Assembly (NCBI GenBank): GCA_001714685.2
Contig: MDTP02000037.1
Coordinates: forward strand, 1-25,704
Direction of reading: 5' to 3'
Source: Methanosarcina sp. Ant1
Lineage (GTDB): Archaea > Halobacteriota > Methanosarcinia > Methanosarcinales > Methanosarcinaceae
DNA: 25,704 nucleotides
Part shown: positions 14,399-22,400 of the stretch, piece after piece
Layout of the letters: every line of letters begins with the position of its first letter
Numbering within the stretch: position 1 is the stretch's first letter
Notes under the pieces: generated by a model
Database searches by the model: none
The model's input: only the letters and a program-made list of their open reading frames with translations
What the model was told of the DNA's origin: nothing
Program-made: the position numbers and the translations under genes

Positions 14399-16698
14399 GT
14401 TTCAATCCTTGTTTTCTTGGCAGCTACTTCTCGACGTAAATAAAAAAACGTATGATAAGGTATGATAAAATAGTTTCAATCCTTGTTTTCTTGGCAGCTA
14501 CTTCTCGACACCGAAAAGGCCACGGCAGCACTATCTTCAACCGAGTTTCAATCCTTGTTTTCTTGGCAGCTACTTCTCGACAGCACAAACAGAAGACCGC
14601 ATGGAAATTAATGAAAAGAGGTTTCAATCCTTGTTTTCTTGGCAGCTACTTCTCGACTAGAGAACAATTAGATCCCCGGGATTGGACCGTCCAGTTTCAA
14701 TCCTTGTTTTCTTGGCAGCTACTTCTCGACTAGAGAACAATTAGATCCCCGGGATTGGACCGTCCAGTTTCAATCCTTGTTTTCTTGGCAGCTACTTCTC
14801 GACGGCATAAGCTTGACTAAGGAGGAAAGACTAAACAAGTTTCAATCCTTGTTTTCTTGGCAGCTACTTCTCGACCAACAAAAAAACAAGGTAGTTGGAG
14901 GAGAAAGTATGGTTTCAATCCTTGTTTTCTTGGCAGCTACTTCTCGACCTGGTGATTGGGTTTAGAGGGGGTGAGGAAGAATAATCGTTTCAATCCTTGT
15001 TTTCTTGGCAGCTACTTCTCGACTGAAAAAGAATTGCAGGAAGCTGTTTCTTGGATTAAGTTTCAATCCTTGTTTTCTTGGCAGCTACTTCTCGACTTAT
15101 GATGCGAATACGGAGAAGGAAATGTCTGAAGGTTTCAATCCTTGTTTTCTTGGCAGCTACTTCTCGACTCGTTGCTACTTTTAATGATCCGGATGAGGTA
15201 ATTTTGGTTTCAATCCTTGTTTTCTTGGCAGCTACTTCTCGACAAAAAACCAAACAACACAAAAACCAACCAAATAAAGTTTCAATCCTTGTTTTCTTGG
15301 CAGCTACTTCTCGACGAAATACTGGGAACTTAATCACGGTAAATCACTTAAGTTTCAATCCTTGTTTTCTTGGCAGCTACTTCTCGACAGGTCTCAAGAG
15401 TGTAAGCATAGATTTTATAAAAGTTTCAATCCTTGTTTTCTTGGCAGCTACTTCTCGACAAAAATGAGATATGCAACTATCGAATCGGTCGGAAAGTTTC
15501 AATCCTTGTTTTCTTGGCAGCTACTTCTCGACTGAAGATAGTGCTTGGATTGAGATCAGAAACCTGAGTTTCAATCCTTGTTTTCTTGGCAGCTACTTCT
15601 CGACCAGGGGGCTGGAGTGAATGCTTCTGGGTTTGCTCAGAAGTTTCAATCCTTGTTTTCTTGGCAGCTACTTCTCGACTCTGAGGTAGAAAATGTATAT
15701 CGAGACGTCCTTAAGTTTCAATCCTTGTTTTCTTGGCAGCTACTTCTCGACTATTGTAATCAGCAACTCAGCCAATTTCGAAAATCAAAGTTTCAATCCT
15801 TGTTTTCTTGGCAGCTACTTCTCGACAAAAAATGAAATCAATAACAAACGACCTTGTAGGAGGTTTCAATCCTTGTTTTCTTGGCAGCTACTTCTCGACC
15901 AGGGTATTATATAAACATAATTGTTCAACCTGATAAGTTTCAATCCTTGTTTTCTTGGCAGCTACTTCTCGACTGAGCTCACCCGCATTGAAAAGTGTTG
16001 GGAACAGAGTTTCAATCCTTGTTTTCTTGGCAGCTACTTCTCGACCACAAGCACGAACCTAAATAGCCGGACGGACAACAAAGGTTTCAATCCTTGTTTT
16101 CTTGGCAGCTACTTCTCGACATGCAGAGGTGCAAAAGAATGATAAAGAAATTTTTGTTTCAATCCTTGTTTTCTTGGCAGCTACTTCTCGACCTTCACTA
16201 AGATTTCCAAAAGACAGAAAGTACCAAGTTTCAATCCTTGTTTTCTTGGCAGCTACTTCTCGACATGATAAAGAAATTTTTTACTTTGACGATGTTAGTA
16301 GTTTCAATCCTTGTTTTCTTGGCAGCTACTTCTCGACCAACGCGTAGCCCGCACTGCAGGATATGGATCCCAGTTTCAATCCTTGTTTTCTTGGCAGCTA
16401 CTTCTCGACCATATGCTAATCTTATGGGAGTTAACCTCGAAGGAGGTTTCAATCCTTGTTTTCTTGGCAGCTACTTCTCGACTACCGTAATAGACATGTC
16501 TAATTTTAATGGTATTCGTTTCAATCCTTGTTTTCTTGGCAGCTACTTCTCGACCTGGGACATTTCCAGTTACATTAACCGTAGAGGAGTTTCAATCCTT
16601 GTTTTCTTGGCAGCTACTTCTCGACTACGAATTCGACCATTACGGTAGAACATATACCATAGTTTCAATCCTTGTTTTCTTGGCAGCTACTTCTCGAC
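14399..16698 (-). CRISPR. CRISPR array 1: 32 x 37-bp repeats, 31 spacers of 34-39 bp
   Basis: The repeat is gtttcaatccttgttttcttggcagctacttctcgac, with all 32 copies apparently identical. Its reverse complement ends ATTGAAAC, the canonical 8-nt crRNA 5' tag, so transcription is inferred on the minus strand from the leader at 16699 onward. Confidence 0.97.
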
Positions 16699-17198
16699 AG
16701 GGTCGTTTTCCCTTATTTTCAGCCAATTATTATGTAATTTCGAACCTGATAATCAGAATCAAGCAACTTGTTTTTTGCTTGAACTGTATAATATTCGAAA
16801 TTTATCTATTTTTGTTTTGGTTAACTTAATTTGGCTGTCGACAAATAGCTAGTGGGTATATAAGGACGGATACCATATAAACTTTTGTATTTTCACTTAC
16901 CTGATAGCGAAAGTATTTTTTTAACAATGTACATATGTGTACACTTTCTAAAAATCATTTGAAGAGTGGGGTAGGTGGGACACATACAAATTTTTAGTAG
17001 AAAGTTTACAGTGCCGCTTCATTGCGAATTTTTGATTTATGGTCAGTAAGAAAAAGAGAACTTTCTGTTGAAATACTTCAAAAGAGTATTTTATAATGTT
17101 CTCTATTGATATTGCTTTTTAAAAAAGAAAGGGGTCAAATTGAGAAAAAGCGTGATTCCTTTGGAAAACGGTGAGCAAACTTCCAGAATTCGGTTTTT
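16699..17198 (-). promoter_or_regulatory. Leader B of array 1; divergent control region shared with cas1
   Basis: AT-rich and non-coding, abutting the last (+ coordinate) repeat. It is paralogous to 2955-4131. It starts with AGGG, as do the flanks of the other two arrays. Confidence 0.7.
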
Positions 17199-17209
17199 TC
17201 CCGAATTCT
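17185..17209. promoter_or_regulatory. Perfect 9-bp inverted repeat AGAATTCGG-N7-CCGAATTCT upstream of cas1
   Basis: agaattcgg ttttttc ccgaattct lies about 70-90 nt upstream of the cas1 SD. Its core recurs upstream of the RT (14320-14339), with a diverged form at 4118-4140. Confidence 0.4.
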
Positions 17210-17290
17210 TCGCGAAATATTACTTATAGGTCCGTAGGTTTAGAAGAATGTGGGATTTAATAGTTCTCAATACACAGGAGGTAATGCTAA

Positions 17291-18310
17291 ATTCGCCTTA
17301 TTGTTGATGAATACGGGACTTACATACATAAGAAAAGCAACCGATTTATTTTCGTTGACAAGACTGAAAAGCTGCTAACAAAAGGATTTTCGGCAGATAA
17401 AGTATCACAGATCCTTATTTACACGGGAGCTGCAGTTACTGCTGATGCAATTGAGCTTGCGGTCAAAAAGGGTATAGACATCGTTTACCTGGACAGGATG
17501 GGGAGGCCTTTTGCAAGGACTTATTCCTGCGAACAGGAAAACTCGGCAACAGTACAGCGTTGCCAGGCAAGGGCTTATGATGATGGAAAAGGGGTTTTCC
17601 TGATAAGTTCCATTATCGGGGCTAAGATTAAGAATCAGGGGTACCTGCTGAAAAATCTGGCAAAAAAGAGGGACAACGAGCGCTTGGTAGGACAGGCGGA
17701 AAAGATCATGTCCCAGGCCGAAAAAATAAAAGAGCGAGCTGAAGAATGGGGGTATATAGAAGAAGCAAGAAACAGCCTTTTTGGGATTGAAGGAGAGGCT
17801 TCAAGGATATATTTTCAGGCTCTTTCAAATATCCTTCCGGAAGCCGTGTACTCAGGGACGCGCACAAAACAGCCGCCCGGAGATCTTTTTAACGCAATGC
17901 TCAGTTACGGATACGGGATTCTTTACACTGAGGTAGAAAAAGCCTGCGTACTCTCAGGCCTGAACCCCTACATGGGCTTCCTTCATACTGACCTTCCTGG
18001 AAAGCCTTCCCTCGTCCTTGATTTGATTGAAGAATTCCGGCAGCCGGTTGTGGACAGGACTGTGCTCAATCTTGTCACAAAAAGGATAGTCACGGAAAAT
18101 GACCTTAAGCCAGTTGAAGGTGGTTTTTACCTTAACCAGGCCGGAAGGCATAAAACCATGGAAGCAATTTCCGAAAGGCTGGCAAAGGTTGTAAACTACA
18201 AGGACCTGAAGCACTCTTTTTCAAGCCTCGTCCTGCTGCAGGCGAATATGGTTTCAAAATTCCTGACCGGTGAAAGAGTTGGATATTCTCCTTTTGTGTA
18301 CTGGAGGTAA
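17291..18310 (+). CDS. cas1: Cas1 integrase; its N-terminal domain is encoded upstream of the first canonical start codon
   Basis: The ORF-track call 17498-18310 contains the catalytic region (GIEGEASRIYF, GFLHTD, LDLIEEFR). The same frame is open back to 17291 and reads IRLIVDEYGTYIHKKSNRFIFVDK...ILIYTGAAVTADAIELAVKKGIDIVYLDRMGRP, a typical Cas1 N-terminal domain. That stretch has no ATG, GTG or TTG. GGAGGT (17277-17282) lies 8 nt upstream of the ATT at 17291. Confidence 0.85.
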   Translation: MRLIVDEYGTYIHKKSNRFIFVDKTEKLLTKGFSADKVSQILIYTGAAVTADAIELAVKKGIDIVYLDRMGRPFARTYSCEQENSATVQRCQARAYDDGKGVFLISSIIGAKIKNQGYLLKNLAKKRDNERLVGQAEKIMSQAEKIKERAEEWGYIEEARNSLFGIEGEASRIYFQALSNILPEAVYSGTRTKQPPGDLFNAMLSYGYGILYTEVEKACVLSGLNPYMGFLHTDLPGKPSLVLDLIEEFRQPVVDRTVLNLVTKRIVTENDLKPVEGGFYLNQAGRHKTMEAISERLAKVVNYKDLKHSFSSLVLLQANMVSKFLTGERVGYSPFVYWR

Positions 18311-18312
18311 CA

Positions 18313-18618
18313 ATGTTTTTATGGCTCGTCTACGACGTAACCGATAACAACCTTCGGTACAGGGTTTCGGAAAAGTGCCTGGACTTCGGGCTCCACAGGT
18401 TCCAGAAAAGTGTATTTTTTGGGGAGCTCGAACCGGAAAGGATGAATAGCCTTGCAGAAGAAATTGAACAGGTGCTGGACCATGAAGAGCGGACTGAAGA
18501 AGATTCCGTGCTCCTTTCACCGGTCTGTGCAGCCTGCCTGGGGAAAAGGCTTGTAATCGGGAAAAACTTCAACATTGACGCTTACGCAGAAAAAGAATGC
18601 TTATTTATTGCTGAATGA
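18313..18618 (+). CDS. cas2: Cas2
   Basis: 101 aa with an N-terminal LWLVYDVTD (conserved Asp). Its ATG is 2 nt after the cas1 stop and 4 nt after a GGAGGT. Confidence 0.85.
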   Translation: MFLWLVYDVTDNNLRYRVSEKCLDFGLHRFQKSVFFGELEPERMNSLAEEIEQVLDHEERTEEDSVLLSPVCAACLGKRLVIGKNFNIDAYAEKECLFIAE

Positions 18619-18679
18619 CCTGAACCTGTTAGAAAAAAGGGACAGGAAAGAAAAAGGAAAAGCAAGGAGTGGAAAAACC

Positions 18680-19450
18680 ATGGCAGTAATGATTGCAACC
18701 CTTGGAGGGTCGGGAGATATAATAAAACTGGGGGTAAGGCTGATGGAAAATGTAGATAAGGTCCTGCTGGTTGCCGGAAAGCCCCTTGATGAACTTTATC
18801 CGGAGTCAGAGATTAAGAAAGGCACGGAAATTGTAAATCCCCCGGAAAAAGCTTCAGAACTGAAAAAACTCCTTGAAGGGTTCGGCATCCGCGTCGAAAC
18901 CTGCGAAGTAGACCCTTTTGATTTCAAAGAATGCTTTATAACGATAATCGGATTAATCCATGCCCAGCCCGATGGTGTTGAAGTCGTTTTAAACGTCACG
19001 GGCGGCACAAAAATCCTCTCCCTTGCAGCCATGAGTGCAGCAGGAATGTGCCGGTGCAGAGCTTTTGTAATCCAGGAAAAAGGAAGCAGGAGCATCAAAC
19101 TTGAACTTCCGATGCCTGACTCCGGCTATTTCGAAAAAATCGGTAAGCAGGGAAAGAAGATCCTCTCCTACCTGATGCAGGAAGAAAAGAAGCTGAAAAT
19201 ACCCATCGAAGAGTGCAGCGATGAAAAACTCAAGCCCTTCATAAGCAAAAACATATCAAACCACCTCGGAGTAACTCCCCAGACAATTACCCCAAACCTC
19301 AAGACCCTGGAATTTTCCGGGCTTCTTTCCAGCAGAAAAGGAGCAATAAAAAGAGGTGAGCCTGCAGGCGGAAAATGCGGAGTAAAAATCTGGCGCCTGA
19401 CAGATGAAGGAAAAATCTATGCTGCTTTTTTCAACAAGGAAAAGCTTTGA
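18680..19450 (+). CDS. csa3: Csa3-like regulator: N-terminal CARF domain plus C-terminal winged HTH
   Basis: The start is MAVMIATLGGSGD. NVTGGTKILSLAA is the CARF signature. The C-terminal ISNHLGVTPQTITPNLKTLEFSGLLSSRKG...WRLTDEGK is wHTH-like. I prefer the ATG at 18680, preceded by AAGGAG, over the TTG at 18575, which overlaps cas2 by 44 nt. Confidence 0.7.
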   Translation: MAVMIATLGGSGDIIKLGVRLMENVDKVLLVAGKPLDELYPESEIKKGTEIVNPPEKASELKKLLEGFGIRVETCEVDPFDFKECFITIIGLIHAQPDGVEVVLNVTGGTKILSLAAMSAAGMCRCRAFVIQEKGSRSIKLELPMPDSGYFEKIGKQGKKILSYLMQEEKKLKIPIEECSDEKLKPFISKNISNHLGVTPQTITPNLKTLEFSGLLSSRKGAIKRGEPAGGKCGVKIWRLTDEGKIYAAFFNKEKL

Positions 19451-19487
19451 AAAATACCAAAATCTCTTTTTTGATTAGAATGCAGGA

Positions 19488-22400
19488 ATTTGGAAGCCTT
19501 TTTTAGTGGATTTTGCTCGCGAATTTTAATTTTCGTGCTTAGTATGCCACACATAAGCATGATGTTTCAATCCTTGTTTTAGTGGATCTTGCTCGCGAAT
19601 CATACTTCCTAATGCTGCAACTACAATTGATAATTTAGTTTCAATCCTTGTTTTAGTGGATCTTGCTCGCGAATGGGCCTCTTGTTCACGGTGTATCCCG
19701 CTAATGAAAGAAGTTTCAATCCTTGTTTTAGTGGATCTTGCTCGCGAATAGGTGTATACTGGCTTTAATATCGCGGCCCGTATGGCAAATATTGTTTCAA
19801 TCCTTGTTTTAGTGGATCTTGCTCGCGAATTTCCGGGGACCACTTAGAAGGTACTCCCAAAACATGTTTCAATCCTTGTTTTAGTGGATCTTGCTCGCGA
19901 ATCATGATAGCCCGACTAAAACAATTAAGGATGTGTTGTTTCAATCCTTGTTTTAGTGGATCTTGCTCGCGAATACCTATGTGCCAAATCCTTATGCGGA
20001 GCCTGCAATGTTTCAATCCTTGTTTTAGTGGATCTTGCTCGCGAATCAGTCAATAAATTAACTTGGAGAAAAGAATTATGGGTTTCAATCCTTGTTTTAG
20101 TGGATCTTGCTCGCGAATACGTCTGCCAGCTCGTACACAGATCGTTCACACTCTGTTTCAATCCTTGTTTTAGTGGATCTTGCTCGCGAATTCGAATTTA
20201 TTAATACTGATACCGCTGATATTGTTAGTTTCAATCCTTGTTTTAGTGGATCTTGCTCGCGAATATTGTCTAGACTCAGTCAAAGCCTCGATGCGCATGG
20301 GCGATGTGTTTCAATCCTTGTTTTAGTGGATCTTGCTCGCGAATAACGAACTTCGTCAGCAATGTGACCGGTAATGTCACGTTTCAATCCTTGTTTTAGT
20401 GGATCTTGCTCGCGAATGCGTATAAAATCGATGTCCCCGACCGAAATGTGGACGTTTCAATCCTTGTTTTAGTGGATCTTGCTCGCGAATTCAAGAGGTC
20501 TGTACATGAACTTTGCGCTTAATCTAAGTTTCAATCCTTGTTTTAGTGGATCTTGCTCGCGAATATGAGATGGTGGTTTAAAATGACTTTATACGGGAAA
20601 AGTTTCAATCCTTGTTTTAGTGGATCTTGCTCGCGAATTGCTAGCTATTCTCCCAGAGTCCGTAAATATATCCTGTTTCAATCCTTGTTTTAGTGGATCT
20701 TGCTCGCGAATATATACTGCATTACCTGTATACGAGGATATTATATGGCGTTTCAATCCTTGTTTTAGTGGATCTTGCTCGCGAATCATGCCATTGGCGA
20801 GATTATTAACTGTATCTGTTGCGTTTCAATCCTTGTTTTAGTGGATCTTGCTCGCGAATTCAATACTGATACCGTTGATGTCGTTGATATCACAAGTTTC
20901 AATCCTTGTTTTAGTGGATCTTGCTCGCGAATGTTGATAAGCTGCTGTATATACAGTAAGATGGGTTGTTTCAATCCTTGTTTTAGTGGATCTTGCTCGC
21001 GAATCAGAATAGGGGAAAGACTACGCCTAAAGTTTATTTGTTTCAATCCTTGTTTTAGTGGATCTTGCTCGCGAATTTCCCATATTTTGATAACTCAATC
21101 CACTCAATGTTTGTTTCAATCCTTGTTTTAGTGGATCTTGCTCGCGAATCCGATAGCTCCGGTCCCGAACTTTACGCGCGCGATTTGTTTCAATCCTTGT
21201 TTTAGTGGATCTTGCTCGCGAATTGTTGAGCGTGTGCGATGTGTCGAGTTTAGTGACGGGTTTCAATCCTTGTTTTAGTGGATCTTGCTCGCGAATTTTT
21301 ATTTTCAAAAGAGAATATAAATACCCGAATGGTGTTTCAATCCTTGTTTTAGTGGATCTTGCTCGCGAATATATGTAGGGAAATATCTGATTACCCGAGG
21401 CTCGCAGGGTTTCAATCCTTGTTTTAGTGGATCTTGCTCGCGAATATATTTTATATCCTGTGGGATTAAGGCCTTATACAGAGTTTCAATCCTTGTTTTA
21501 GTGGATCTTGCTCGCGAATATTATATGACATGCTAAACTACCGAGTCATCTACGTTTCAATCCTTGTTTTAGTGGATCTTGCTCGCGAATTTGTTTTGAG
21601 ACAGTTCAGCACGTCTCAAATCGTGGCGTTTCAATCCTTGTTTTAGTGGATCTTGCTCGCGAATACAGAATATACGATCTGGGGAAGATGCAGGATAAGG
21701 GTTTCAATCCTTGTTTTAGTGGATCTTGCTCGCGAATCTAATGAAAGCTAATTTTACAGGAGCTAGATTTGGTTTCAATCCTTGTTTTAGTGGATCTTGC
21801 TCGCGAATAGGCTCTAATCTGCTGCACGCTATCGTTTTAAAGTGGTTTCAATCCTTGTTTTAGTGGATCTTGCTCGCGAATTTAAAAGTAATTCCAGCAG
21901 CAGCAGGAGCCGAAAATGTTTCAATCCTTGTTTTAGTGGATCTTGCTCGCGAATCTTTTGGTGCACATAACTTAATATCGACTTCTCTGTGTTTCAATCC
22001 TTGTTTTAGTGGATCTTGCTCGCGAATCTATCAGATAACAGGCAAGGGTATCCTAAGTTTTATGTTTCAATCCTTGTTTTAGTGGATCTTGCTCGCGAAT
22101 TTCATCTTTACGTGTAGAGTGGTACAAATGTATATAGTTTCAATCCTTGTTTTAGTGGATCTTGCTCGCGAATAATTACTCCGTTTTCGTGTACGGCAAC
22201 CAAAGGAACGTTTCAATCCTTGTTTTAGTGGATCTTGCTCGCGAATTTATAAAGCTGGGCATATATTTAGAAAGATAGAATAGTTTCAATCCTTGTTTTA
22301 GTGGATCTTGCTCGCGAATTGTAGCTGCATCGACTTCGTTTTCTGTTATTTCAGGGTTTCAATCCTTGTTTTAGTGGATCTTGCTCGCGAATTTCTCTCC

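Noticed and set aside
14424-16829. About 15 ORFs of 62-136 aa on both strands inside array 1 (e.g. 14452..14733, 15078..15467, 16238..16648)
   Set aside because: They are translations of the 37-bp repeat. The same peptides recur every ~73 nt (SILVFLAATSR, FNPCFLGSYFST, FQSLFSWQLLLD, REVAAKKTRIET). They are artefacts of repeat periodicity, not genes.
18575-18679. Long form of the csa3 ORF starting at the TTG at 18575
   Set aside because: It would overlap cas2 by 44 nt and add a low-complexity Lys/Arg-rich extension. The ATG at 18680 has an AAGGAG upstream and starts exactly at the CARF beta-strand MAVMIATLGG.
17954-19098. Antisense ORFs 17954..18214, 18254..18520, 18330..18575 and 18796..19098
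   Set aside because: They lie opposite cas1, cas2 and csa3, which have clear motifs. Their Arg/Ser/Pro-rich composition is typical of GC-richer antisense frames.
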